A stretch of 64,000 bases of DNA, taken from assembly GCA_035510735.1 (NCBI GenBank), contig DATKGN010000013.1, forward strand, positions 128,596 through 192,595, written 5' to 3'. The position numbers and the translations under genes are program-made. The notes below the pieces were generated by a model. It saw only the letters and a list, made by a program, of their open reading frames with translations. It searched no databases and was not told the origin of the DNA. This document shows positions 18,908-28,264 of this stretch, piece after piece. The DNA comes from Patescibacteria group bacterium (lineage in GTDB: Bacteria > Patescibacteriota > Microgenomatia > UBA10105 > UBA927). Each line of letters starts with the position of its first letter. Positions within the stretch are counted from its first letter, which is position 1.

Positions 18908-19768
18908 TTATACAAACTCCTGGAGAACGCTGTCGAAGTGCTCCGAAGCCACCGGCACACGAATGAGCGGATCACCGGTAAGCGCAGGTTCGTGATCTTC
19001 GCTTGTCGGACGGATTTCCTTATAAAATAAACCGATCGGAATCCGGTCTCCCCATTCCATAGCCCGTTCTATCGCTTTCATCTTATTATCTGGTACATAT
19101 TTTTCATCTTCAAGACGATAGACACGCTGTCTATACCATTGATACGTATTTACTTTATTAAATGTCACGCAGGGCTGCAGAACATCGACAACCGCGAAAC
19201 CCTTGTGTTCCACAGCGTCACTCATAAGCTTGATAAGACCGGGAGTATCTCCGGCAAATCCGCGTGCCACGTAGGTTGCACCCGCTGCAATAGCAAGAAG
19301 AAGCGGATTAATCGGTGCATCAACTGCGCCATCGGGTGTCGATTTCGTCACAAAACCAATCTTTGCTGTAGGAGAAGCCTGGCCCGTCGTAAGCCCATAC
19401 ACCTGATTGTCATGTAAAATAACGGTAATATCCGGATTCCGCTTGGCGGCATGGAGAAAATGATTTCCGCCTTCACCCAGACAATCCCCGTCTCCTGACA
19501 CCACAACCACGGGAAGTTTGTGATTGGCAAGCTTCACGCCCTGGGCAACAGGCAGCGTCCTCCCATGGAGGCCTGCAAACCCGTAGATATTCATCCAGTT
19601 ATACATGTTGCCGTGACACCCGACGCCGTAGACGACTAACCCATCATCTGAGCCTATCCCTTGCTTCACCAACGCCTCTTTGAGAGCTGTCCAGATGCCA
19701 TAATCTCCGCACCCTGGGCACCACGTCGGTAAATGATTTGCTGCAAATACACTACTATTGAGCGTCAT
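18908..19768 (-). CDS. korB: 2-oxoacid:ferredoxin oxidoreductase, beta (TPP-binding) subunit
   Basis: CPGCGD motif and TPP-binding GDG(D/G) region; overlaps korA by 4 bp. Confidence 0.85.
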   Translation of the reverse strand: MTLNSSVFAANHLPTWCPGCGDYGIWTALKEALVKQGIGSDDGLVVYGVGCHGNMYNWMNIYGFAGLHGRTLPVAQGVKLANHKLPVVVVSGDGDCLGEGGNHFLHAAKRNPDITVILHDNQVYGLTTGQASPTAKIGFVTKSTPDGAVDAPINPLLLAIAAGATYVARGFAGDTPGLIKLMSDAVEHKGFAVVDVLQPCVTFNKVNTYQWYRQRVYRLEDEKYVPDNKMKAIERAMEWGDRIPIGLFYKEIRPTSEDHEPALTGDPLIRVPVASEHFDSVLQEFV

Positions 19769-21507
19769 AGGCTTTTTTCCACTCCTTCCACAATTTCTTC
19801 AGGATAAAACGGTCGTCCGTCATATTTCAGTATTTTTTCGCCGATTTTTAACCCGGTGTGTTCCCTTATAAGTGCTGCAAGCTGACCGGAGGCGTTTTGT
19901 TCCACATCAATAACACGCTTGGCTGTTGATAAAAGTTTTGCTACCTCATCTTCCGGAAACGGATAGAGCCAGGTAAAGTGGACAAGGTTTGCCGTCCTTC
20001 CTTTGGCACGAAGCATTTCCATAGCGTCAATTACCGGCCCACGGGATGATCCCCAACTCACGAAGGTGATATCCGCGTTTTTATCACCATACACGTGCGG
20101 AGCAGGGACATCTTTTTTCATTGCATTAAATTTCTTGAGGCGTTTATTTGCCATCGCGACGCGCTCGGAGGCTAATTCCGTGACATATCCTTTTTCATTG
20201 TGTTCATAAGAATTTGAAAAGAATACGCCGTTTTTCATCCCAGGAATACTTCGGGGTGACACTCCGTCATCCACATCAAGTCGGTACCGCTTATAAGATC
20301 TGTCTGCCGGTAAGTCACTTTCATTTACCATCTTACCCCGCTCAACCGTATACTCTTTCTTAAAGTGTGACATCGGGACGCACCAATGACTCTCCGCGAG
20401 ATACTTATCGGTTAATACAAAAACCGGAGTCTGATACCGATCCGCGAGATTAAACGCATTCGCCGTCAACTCAAAGGCCTCCGCGGCATCGCTGGGGGCA
20501 AGTACAATTCTGGGGAATTCTCCGTGGCCCGCATGAATCACAAACTGTAATTCGCCCTGTTCTGTCCACGTCGGCATCCCTGTTGCTGGTCCCACCCGCA
20601 TACCGAGATTGATAACGATCGGAACCTCCATGATGCCGGCAAGCGAGAGCCCCTCCACCATAAGCGCGAAACCGCCACCGGATGAAGCAACCATACTTCG
20701 GACACCGGCAAAAGAAGCCCCTAAAGCCATATTAATCCCTGAAATCTCATCTTCAGGTTGCTTATACACTATTTTTAACTGCTTCGCGTGATCTGCAAAA
20801 AATGAGATCACGGAGTTAATCGGAGTCATGGGGTAAATAGCTGCAAACTTCACGCCTCCGCGGTACGCACCAAGCCCTACGGCTTCGCTGGCATTAAGAA
20901 TAAGCTGCGGCTCCTTCTTCTCTGCCTTCGAAAGATACATGGAGGTTTCATCGGGAAAATGCTTTTTGACGTAATCATATCCGGACTTGGCTAGAGCGAT
21001 ATTACTGTCGATCACCGGCTGTTTTTTCTTCTTAAACTGATCGCGTATGATGGATTCCAGTATGGAAAAATCTGCACCGACTAACGCAAGTGTCACACCG
21101 AGTGTAACGGTATTTCGCATCACAGGAGAGCCATTTAGAGTGTTCACAAGCTCCATAAGCGGCACCGGCAACAGATGAACAGGTTTCGGAAAATCCGAGG
21201 CCTGCCATTCATGATCCTTCGGATCGTATACAACGAGGGCATTCTCATTTAATTCATCCTTGTGGAGCTCAATACAGGGATTGTGAAGTGCCACCAAGAT
21301 GTGCACTTCCCGGTTCATTGATTCAAAATATTTTGGTGAAATCCGTACGGTAATAAGATTATGCCCGCCGCGAATAAGTGAAGGATATTCATTGGTGACC
21401 ATTGTGTGATATCCAACCCTCGCAAACGCCCGAGCCATCATAGTGCCCGCGGACATGATGCCAAAGCCTGCTTCACCACCAATTTTCCAAATGATACTGT
21501 CTCTCAT
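19765..21507 (-). CDS. korA: 2-oxoacid:ferredoxin oxidoreductase, alpha subunit (fused gamma-alpha type)
   Basis: 580 aa; N-terminal gamma-like domain plus alpha pyrimidine-binding domain, organised as in two-subunit OFORs. Confidence 0.85.
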   Translation of the reverse strand: MRDSIIWKIGGEAGFGIMSAGTMMARAFARVGYHTMVTNEYPSLIRGGHNLITVRISPKYFESMNREVHILVALHNPCIELHKDELNENALVVYDPKDHEWQASDFPKPVHLLPVPLMELVNTLNGSPVMRNTVTLGVTLALVGADFSILESIIRDQFKKKKQPVIDSNIALAKSGYDYVKKHFPDETSMYLSKAEKKEPQLILNASEAVGLGAYRGGVKFAAIYPMTPINSVISFFADHAKQLKIVYKQPEDEISGINMALGASFAGVRSMVASSGGGFALMVEGLSLAGIMEVPIVINLGMRVGPATGMPTWTEQGELQFVIHAGHGEFPRIVLAPSDAAEAFELTANAFNLADRYQTPVFVLTDKYLAESHWCVPMSHFKKEYTVERGKMVNESDLPADRSYKRYRLDVDDGVSPRSIPGMKNGVFFSNSYEHNEKGYVTELASERVAMANKRLKKFNAMKKDVPAPHVYGDKNADITFVSWGSSRGPVIDAMEMLRAKGRTANLVHFTWLYPFPEDEVAKLLSTAKRVIDVEQNASGQLAALIREHTGLKIGEKILKYDGRPFYPEEIVEGVEKSL

Positions 21508-21602
21508 ACCTATTCTTAGCGTAGCACAAATATAAACAAATTGGGAGATACAATAGGACTATATTAATTCGTCGGGGTCGAATCGCTTAATCATTCGCCC
21601 TT

Positions 21603-21791
21603 TCAATCACTACAACAGGGATCTTTGTATCCGCAGTAAGTGCATGACGCGTCTCTGCCGCCCGGCATCCCGTAAATCGTAAATTCACCGCAGGAGGGAC
21701 ACGCTCTCTTATTATATAGATGGGGATACTCCTCTATATATCCGTCGTCAGTATCAGCGGGAACGGTATCAGGGGAAAATTTGTTTTCCAT
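21603..21791 (-). CDS. Small Cys-rich zinc-ribbon-like protein (62 aa), tentative
   Basis: CPSCGEF...CTYCGYKDPCC. The ORF overlaps the ferredoxin 3' end by 23 bp in the same operon orientation. Confidence 0.3.
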   Translation of the reverse strand: MENKFSPDTVPADTDDGYIEEYPHLYNKRACPSCGEFTIYGMPGGRDASCTYCGYKDPCCSD

Positions 21792-22020
21792 GTTCGTCAG
21801 TAATTATGATCGCCATAACAGGACAACCCTTAGCGGCCTCAAGTAGTGCCTCATCGGTTTCTTCTTCTACTGTATCGAGAATAATCGCTTTTGCTTCATC
21901 GTCAAGCGCCCAGGCCTTGGGTGCTATAGCAATGCATGTGGCCGCTCCGATGCACAGGCTTTGATCAATCCGCATCGTGAGCTTCCGGATTTTTCGTTCA
22001 ATCTTCGGGTTATCCGCCAT
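21769..22020 (-). CDS. 4Fe-4S (single-cluster) ferredoxin
   Basis: CIGAATC...CP motif typical of small [3Fe/4Fe-4S] ferredoxins; directly upstream of korAB on the same strand. Confidence 0.7.
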   Translation of the reverse strand: MADNPKIERKIRKLTMRIDQSLCIGAATCIAIAPKAWALDDEAKAIILDTVEEETDEALLEAAKGCPVMAIIITDEHGKQIFP

Positions 22021-22049
22021 AGGTTTAGTTTATACAGTAAAGAGACAAA

Positions 22050-22436
22050 CTATTTCAATGCTAAAATCGCTTTATGCAGAACTTCAAGAGACAGAGTTGC
22101 GCAGCGCATCCGCGACGGAGTCAGTGTCGTCCCCAGCATTTCCGTAATATCCTCTGACGTTAATGAAAGTGCAGTTTTAACGTTCATACTCCTCACTTTA
22201 TCAGTAAGCATAGATGCGGAAGCCTGGCTTATCGCACATCCCTCTCCCGAAAACCGAATATCGGTAATTTCCTTTTTTTTATTTACGTTTATTTCCATAC
22301 TAATGCGGTCCCCGCACGTCACGTTGCCTTCTTCAATACTACTGTCCGGTTTTTGAAGATGACCGAAGTTATGAGGGTTTTTATAATGATCAAGGATTAT
22401 TTCGCGATATATATCCATAATGTTCTTCCCTGTCAT
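22050..22436 (-). CDS. sufU: Fe-S cluster assembly scaffold SufU/IscU (NifU N-terminal family)
   Basis: Conserved GDRISMEI, GCAIS and C-terminal Cys (MRCATLS) ligand positions of IscU/SufU. Confidence 0.8.
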   Translation of the reverse strand: MTGKNIMDIYREIILDHYKNPHNFGHLQKPDSSIEEGNVTCGDRISMEINVNKKKEITDIRFSGEGCAISQASASMLTDKVRSMNVKTALSLTSEDITEMLGTTLTPSRMRCATLSLEVLHKAILALK

Positions 22437-22569
22437 CCCCGACCTGCTTCGCCCATCGTAGCCTTGGCGAAGTTGGGATCGGGGATTGGTTTTTAGATTT
22501 AATCAAAATACATATCGATTCCTACCTGCCTACCTGCGCAGGCAGGAGCGGGAATGACAACGGATAGAT

Positions 22570-23799
22570 TTACTTAAATACTCTAATTACTTTTTCAAGT
22601 CCTTTTACAAAAATATCGACATCGGCTTTCGTCGTGTACACATAGAACGACGCGCGAGCGGTAGCAGCGATTCCCATAGAAATGTGGAGCGGCATAGCAC
22701 AATGATTGCCTGACCTAATACATATATTATCCTCGTCCAGAATCTGCGCCACATCATGGGCGTGTGCTTGTTTCAGGGTAAATGCGATAACCCCGCTCTT
22801 TTGCTTGACATCCGAAGGACCATAGAGCGTTAATCCTGAAATCGTTTTCATTTGGGTAAGTGCATAGGAAAGAATTTCTTTTTCATGGTCTCTTACGTTG
22901 TCCATCCCCAAAGCCGAAAGGTAGTCAATAGCTGCGCCAAACCCGATGACGCCGGCAATGTGTGGAGTTCCTGCTTCAAACTTGTGTGGTGTTTTTTTAA
23001 ATAATGTTTTATCTATTCTCACCTCTTCAATCATTTCTCCTCCGAATTGATACGGCGACATCTGTTCAAGTAACTCGTATTTTCCCCACAAAACTCCAAC
23101 ACCTGTCGGGCCCAACATCTTATGCGACGAGAAAGCGACAAAATCAGCGCCCCACTCGCCAACATTAACAGGCATATGAGGAACCGCCTGAGCCGCATCC
23201 ACAAGCACTAAGCAACCAGGATTCAATTTTTTAACGATTTTAACTATTTGCCCTATTGGGTTGATTGTGCCTAAAACATTGGATACAGCTGTAATTGCGA
23301 GTAATTTTGTTCTTCGAGTAATTAATTTATCCAAATCCTTTAAATTAAGCAATCCTTGTTGATTATTTTTCCAAAAATCGAGTTTCCATCCGTTAATCAA
23401 TCCAAGCTGCTGCCATGGAACGAAGTTTGAATGATGTTCCATAATCGAAACAACGATATGATCTCTTTTTTTCATTTCGTGTTTCGACAAACTTGAGGCA
23501 ACGAGATTAATTGATTCCGTTGTGTTCCTTGTAAAAATTATCTCATCGGATGTTGAGGCTCCGATGAATCGGGCTACTTTTCCACGAACGGATTCATACT
23601 CGAGAGTTGCTTTCTCCGATATCTGATAAATTCCGCGGAATATATTTGCTGAATATTTTTCATAATACTCATTTTCCTTGTTAATAACCGACTGCGGTTT
23701 TAATGAAGTTGCTGTCGAATCCAGGTAAACAATAGGTTTGCCGTTAATTTTTTTATCAAGTAAAGGAAAATCTTTTCGAATCGAGCCGATATCCAACAT
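22570..23799 (-). CDS. sufS: Cysteine desulfurase (SufS/NifS, class V aminotransferase)
   Basis: PLP-lysine region SSHKMLGPTGVG and the active-site Cys loop RSGNHCA. Confidence 0.9.
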   Translation of the reverse strand: MLDIGSIRKDFPLLDKKINGKPIVYLDSTATSLKPQSVINKENEYYEKYSANIFRGIYQISEKATLEYESVRGKVARFIGASTSDEIIFTRNTTESINLVASSLSKHEMKKRDHIVVSIMEHHSNFVPWQQLGLINGWKLDFWKNNQQGLLNLKDLDKLITRRTKLLAITAVSNVLGTINPIGQIVKIVKKLNPGCLVLVDAAQAVPHMPVNVGEWGADFVAFSSHKMLGPTGVGVLWGKYELLEQMSPYQFGGEMIEEVRIDKTLFKKTPHKFEAGTPHIAGVIGFGAAIDYLSALGMDNVRDHEKEILSYALTQMKTISGLTLYGPSDVKQKSGVIAFTLKQAHAHDVAQILDEDNICIRSGNHCAMPLHISMGIAATARASFYVYTTKADVDIFVKGLEKVIRVFK

Positions 23800-23821
23800 A
23801 AGAAATTAGAGAGAAAGTGCC

Positions 23822-24130
23822 TTATATATCGATGAACACTTCGCCATTTTCTACCTTAACCTTGTATGAGGCAACATCTGTGGGTGCGGGAAGAGAAAGA
23901 ACTTTACCGCTTGTCATATCAAACTGTGCACCGTGGCATCCGCAGGTTACGACATTACCGTCCAAAAAACCATCAGTACCCAGCGAACACTGTTCATGAG
24001 AACACGTATCGTCAATCGCAAAAAATTCGTCGTCAATATTGGCTAGGGCTATTTTTTTTCCACCAAGAACGACGGTCTTTTTCATACCGCTCGGGAGATC
24101 CCTTACGTTTAGTGCTTTAGTAAATGCCAT
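23822..24130 (-). CDS. Rieske [2Fe-2S] ferredoxin
   Basis: CSH-x16-CGCHG Rieske ligand motifs. Confidence 0.8.
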   Translation of the reverse strand: MAFTKALNVRDLPSGMKKTVVLGGKKIALANIDDEFFAIDDTCSHEQCSLGTDGFLDGNVVTCGCHGAQFDMTSGKVLSLPAPTDVASYKVKVENGEVFIDI

Positions 24131-24137
24131 ACGATGA

Positions 24138-24779
24138 TTATATCGCCCTTTCGATTGTTTGCCAAAGGTCCTCTCTGAATTTTTGGTTATCTACCCGATC
24201 CAACGCGCTTTTCAAAAATCCGGAAACAATAAGCCGGGCTCCTTGAGCCTCGGATATTCCCCGGGTTTTAAGATACCATAACTCTTCGTCAGATACCGGC
24301 CCGACTGTTGCCCCGTGCGTACAACGGACATCGTTTGCAAGAATCTCAAGCGAAGGCTTACTTTCTGCATGTGCGTGCTCTGAGAGTAGAATGTTTTCAT
24401 TCCTCTGATATGCGTCGGTCTTTTGGGCATCTTTTTCTACTCGGATCCCGCCGTCGACAACACACTGTGCTTCATCATCAAGAACAGTTTTAATAAGAAG
24501 GTTGCTCGTGCCGCTTGGCCCCCCATGAATTTGCATCGTGTGAATATGTACTTGAGACTTCCCCGAGGCCACAATAATGCCGATAATCGTCGCGACCGCA
24601 TTACGCCCGGTTAACCTTACGGTAACGTCTGTATTAACAGATTTTGTATGAAGCGCCAATAATACCAGGGTTAAGTCTGAGTCTGCTGAAACGGTAAAAT
24701 TGTGCGTACTTTCACCGTCAGTAATATGTTTAATGACTATTTTCTTATCCGGTAGTGTTGACTCTTTTTTTGCTTTCAT
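24138..24779 (-). CDS. sufD: Fe-S cluster assembly protein SufD (short form)
   Basis: SufB/SufD beta-helix family; sits between sufB and the Rieske gene and lacks the SufB-specific N-terminus. Confidence 0.65.
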   Translation of the reverse strand: MKAKKESTLPDKKIVIKHITDGESTHNFTVSADSDLTLVLLALHTKSVNTDVTVRLTGRNAVATIIGIIVASGKSQVHIHTMQIHGGPSGTSNLLIKTVLDDEAQCVVDGGIRVEKDAQKTDAYQRNENILLSEHAHAESKPSLEILANDVRCTHGATVGPVSDEELWYLKTRGISEAQGARLIVSGFLKSALDRVDNQKFREDLWQTIERAI

Positions 24780-24859
24780 ACATCATTTTTTACCTATCCG
24801 ACTGAACCTTCTCCCTCGATAAATCTCGGGATTTCGTCCCGCACTGCGGGACTCAACAT

Positions 24860-26275
24860 TCATCCAACTGAACCCTCCATCTGTAACTGTATTAATCTGT
24901 TCATTTCGACGGCGTATTCTAGCGGCAGTTCTTTAACGATCGGCTCAATAAATCCGTTCACGATCATCGATTCTGCCTGTGCTTTGGCAATCCCCCGGCT
25001 CTGTAAATAAAACAGTTGCTCGTCACCGATTTTTGATACCGTCGCCTCGTGTTCAATCTGAACACTTTGCTCATCAATTTTCATGGTCGGGTACGTATCG
25101 GATCTTGATGTCTCATCAAGGAGAAGCGCATCACACACGACTTTACTTTTCACATGTTTTGCGCCCGGATACACCTGCACTAGCCCCCGGTATGAAGTCC
25201 TTCCGCCCGATTTACTAATGGACTTTGAAATAATCTGAGAAGTCGTCTCTGAAGCCGCATGAATCATCTTCCCGCCCGCATCCTGATGCTGTCCACGACC
25301 TGCATAGGCAATGGATAATACTTCTCCATGTGCTTTACGGCCCATGAGATAGACGCTCGGATATTTCATTGTCAGTTTACTGCCGAGGTTGCCGTCAACC
25401 CACTCCATTATCCCTTCTTCCTCAACACGTGCGCGTTTCGTCACAAGATTGTAAACATTCGTACTCCAATTCTGAATAGTCGTATACCGAACACGCGCGC
25501 CCTTCTTAACAATAATTTCAACAACCGCACTATGAAGAGAATCAGTGGTATAAATAGGCGCCGTACAACCTTCAACATAATGAACGAAGCTTCCTTCGTC
25601 CGCGATAATAAGCGTCCGCTCGAATTGTCCCATATTTGCAGCATTAATGCGGAAGTATGCCTGAAGCGGTAAATCGACATGAACGCCCTTCGGTATATAT
25701 ACAAACGACCCGCCTGACCAGACACTGCTGTTTAACGCTGCAAATTTATTATCCGCCGGCGGGATAACGGAGCCGAAATATTGTTTTACAATCTCAGGAT
25801 ATTCCCGAAGTCCCGAATCCATATCGAGAAAAATAACGCCCTTTTTATGCAGAAGCGCATTTATACTCTTATAGACTACTTCTGATTCGTACTGAGCGCT
25901 TACTCCAGACAAAAACTTTTTTTCGGCCTCAGGGATGCCGATGCGGTCATAGGTATCTTTAATTTCAGCGGGCAGATCACTCCAAGATTTTGCTCTATCC
26001 ATTATCGGCTTGATGTAATAATAAATGTTATCAAATTGAATGCCAGAGAGATCTCCTCCCCACGTCGGAAGCTTTTTTGCAAGATAATATTGGTAGCTTT
26101 TCTCACGGAACGCAGTCATCCAAGCAGGCTCGCTCTTATGCCAGCTTATGTTCCGAACCACATCATTATCCAGACCCCGCTTCGACTTAAAGACGTAGTT
26201 CTCCTTCTTATGAAATCCGTATTTATACGTATCATCGATTATTGTCTTCATAATAATGCGCGAGGAGGCATACAA
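24860..26275 (-). CDS. sufB: Fe-S cluster assembly protein SufB
   Basis: About 465 aa in the SufB family. An alternative start at 26251 (MKTIIDD) is possible. The repeat element abuts the start codon. Confidence 0.9.
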   Translation of the reverse strand: MYASSRIIMKTIIDDTYKYGFHKKENYVFKSKRGLDNDVVRNISWHKSEPAWMTAFREKSYQYYLAKKLPTWGGDLSGIQFDNIYYYIKPIMDRAKSWSDLPAEIKDTYDRIGIPEAEKKFLSGVSAQYESEVVYKSINALLHKKGVIFLDMDSGLREYPEIVKQYFGSVIPPADNKFAALNSSVWSGGSFVYIPKGVHVDLPLQAYFRINAANMGQFERTLIIADEGSFVHYVEGCTAPIYTTDSLHSAVVEIIVKKGARVRYTTIQNWSTNVYNLVTKRARVEEEGIMEWVDGNLGSKLTMKYPSVYLMGRKAHGEVLSIAYAGRGQHQDAGGKMIHAASETTSQIISKSISKSGGRTSYRGLVQVYPGAKHVKSKVVCDALLLDETSRSDTYPTMKIDEQSVQIEHEATVSKIGDEQLFYLQSRGIAKAQAESMIVNGFIEPIVKELPLEYAVEMNRLIQLQMEGSVG

Positions 26276-26533
26276 TTTGCAGCACCGTCACGCGCCGGGA
26301 AATATCCCCTGTTCACGCGCTTTTGGTCGCCATAAAATTTAGATCCGGTCTTCTGTTCGCTCACGAAATAATGATAACTTGGTCCATTCTGTTCATCTCG
26401 TTCGCAAGTGAATCCGGACTAAATTTTATAGACTCCCCGCGCGACAATTCGCTCTATTCAATCAATATAACGCTAGCTTTGACGGATATCCCTGATCCTG
26501 AGATCCGGGATCTAAGGACGCACAAATTGCATG
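26276..26533 (+). repeat. Copy 1 of a roughly 260-280 nt structured intergenic repeat (candidate ncRNA or MITE-like element), inserted between sufC and sufB
   Basis: Near-identical flanks shared with 37267-37546 (AGCACCGTCACGCGC...TTTAGATCCGGTCTTC...GTGAATCCGGACTAAATTT...TAGACTCCCCGCGC...GACGGAT.TCCCTGATCCTGAGATCCGGGATCTAAGGACGCACAAATTGC) and a divergent central segment. Internal complementary segments sit at 26335-26348, 26414-26426 and 26505-26515. No intact ORF is shared by the two copies. Confidence 0.6.
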
Positions 26534-26537
26534 CCGA

Positions 26538-27356
26538 CTAAAGCGCAGGCAAATATTTTTCGTACCCCTCATCCTCAATCTCTTTTGCTAAATTTGCTTT
26601 CCCGCTTTTTACAATTTTCCCTTTAACGAGAATATGAACAACGTCGGGCCGCAGGTATTTCAGTATCCTCTGATAATGCGTAATGATAATGACGCCGGTT
26701 CCCCTTTTGGAAAGTAGCGAAATACCCCTTGCCACAACTTTCAGGGCGTCAACATCAAGCCCCGTATCGATCTCATCGAAAATCGCAAATTTCGGAGATA
26801 AGGTAAGTGCCTGCAGCATTTCTACCTTTTTCTTTTCCCCTCCTGAAAATCCGTCATGAATCCCGCGCGAAAGAAAACTCTCGTCAAGATTGAGTTCTGC
26901 AGCGTTCTTCTTTATAACGTTCATAAAATCCAGAATGGATATGCTTCCGCCGTTCCAACGTCGCGCCAAAAGCGGATTCTGAACATTTTTCTCTTTTGCG
27001 GCCGGCTTACTGCCGAATAATTCTTGATACGAAGTCCGGAGCAAATTTATGACGCTCACACCCGGAACGGCTATCGGGGACTGCAAGGCCAAAAATAGTC
27101 CCGCTTTCGCCCGCTCTTCTGTCGGAAGCAATAAAATATTTTTTGCATTAATAAGCACTTTGGAAAGCTTCTTATCGATTTCGTAGGCGGGGTGACCCAT
27201 GAGTGCATAAGCGAGCGTCGACTTACCGCTTCCGTTTGGCCCCATCACCGCATGAATTTCGCCGGAGGCAACCGAAAAGGATATACCGCTTAATATCTCT
27301 TTATGGTTTATGCTGGTATGAAGGTCTTTAACCGATAAAACGTCGTGACTCTGCAT
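26538..27356 (-). CDS. sufC: Fe-S cluster assembly ATPase SufC
   Basis: ABC ATPase with Walker A GPNGSGKST, signature FSGGEKK and Walker B. Confidence 0.9.
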   Translation of the reverse strand: MQSHDVLSVKDLHTSINHKEILSGISFSVASGEIHAVMGPNGSGKSTLAYALMGHPAYEIDKKLSKVLINAKNILLLPTEERAKAGLFLALQSPIAVPGVSVINLLRTSYQELFGSKPAAKEKNVQNPLLARRWNGGSISILDFMNVIKKNAAELNLDESFLSRGIHDGFSGGEKKKVEMLQALTLSPKFAIFDEIDTGLDVDALKVVARGISLLSKRGTGVIIITHYQRILKYLRPDVVHILVKGKIVKSGKANLAKEIEDEGYEKYLPAL

Positions 27357-27410
27357 ATATATAATAAAGAAGGTGTAATAACCATCTATTATACAGTTTT
27401 GTAATATATA

Positions 27411-28223
27411 TTACAGTTTTGAACTTACAATATCATTTTTCCCCATAAAAACTTCCGTGAGGCCATGCATTCGGAGGATAAAATATTCATTCAATAAAAG
27501 TGGATTATTTTTGATACTCAAAAACTGTTTTATTTCGGCCTCCTGACTAATATGAGATAAGAGCGCTTTCTTTTTTACGCCCCCAAGCGTTTTAATTGAA
27601 ATAACAGTCGTAATAAATTTATCCTCCGTTCCCCGCCACGGCATTCCATATGATTCGGCGGGTATGATTTTCTTCTTCAACAGATATTGAGCCACGGTCT
27701 TTGGCATACATGCGTAATACAGTTTGGGCTCAGATTCCTCATCAAAGTCTTTCAGATTTTTCAATTGATTATGGACCCATAGGGCATATTTTTGAAATGC
27801 AAATGTCGTTGCATAACAAATTTTCACATGATCTGGATGATTGCTTATTCCCGTCGTATCGTACGTAATAATGCAGTCTGGAATGAGTTCTTCCAATTTC
27901 TCGTAAATTTTATCTTCAAGCTCTCCCGGTTGTTCTTCCGCAAGTTTTCCGTCCTTATAACCCAAAAACGTAAGACTCGATATACCGAGTAACGTTGCGG
28001 CAGCTTCCAGTTCCTTCTGCCGTATCATCCCCAGATGTTCGTCGCCTGCCTTCTCATACGGTCCTGAATGCCCTGCTTCCCCACGGGTAGCACAGAGTAA
28101 ATCCACCTGCCAGCCTGCTTTCACGTATTTCGCTACAGTTCCTGCCGCCGAATATGATTCATCATCGGGATGTGCAAACACCAAAAGCATCTTTTTCATA
28201 CAACGTATAGTATCATTCACCAT
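27411..28223 (-). CDS. PIG-L family (LmbE-like) N-acetylglucosaminyl deacetylase
   Basis: N-terminal AHPDDE motif and overall LmbE fold pattern. Confidence 0.75.
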   Translation of the reverse strand: MVNDTIRCMKKMLLVFAHPDDESYSAAGTVAKYVKAGWQVDLLCATRGEAGHSGPYEKAGDEHLGMIRQKELEAAATLLGISSLTFLGYKDGKLAEEQPGELEDKIYEKLEELIPDCIITYDTTGISNHPDHVKICYATTFAFQKYALWVHNQLKNLKDFDEESEPKLYYACMPKTVAQYLLKKKIIPAESYGMPWRGTEDKFITTVISIKTLGGVKKKALLSHISQEAEIKQFLSIKNNPLLLNEYFILRMHGLTEVFMGKNDIVSSKL

Positions 28224-28264
28224 AAAACAAAGAAAGTGACTATGATTAATGATACAATCTACTC

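Noticed and set aside
26323-26541. 72-aa ORF inside repeat copy 1 (and the 60-aa ORF 37259-37441 inside copy 2)
   Set aside because: The two ORFs share only short stretches and are in different frames relative to the conserved nucleotide blocks. Conservation is at the nucleotide level, so they are treated as non-coding.
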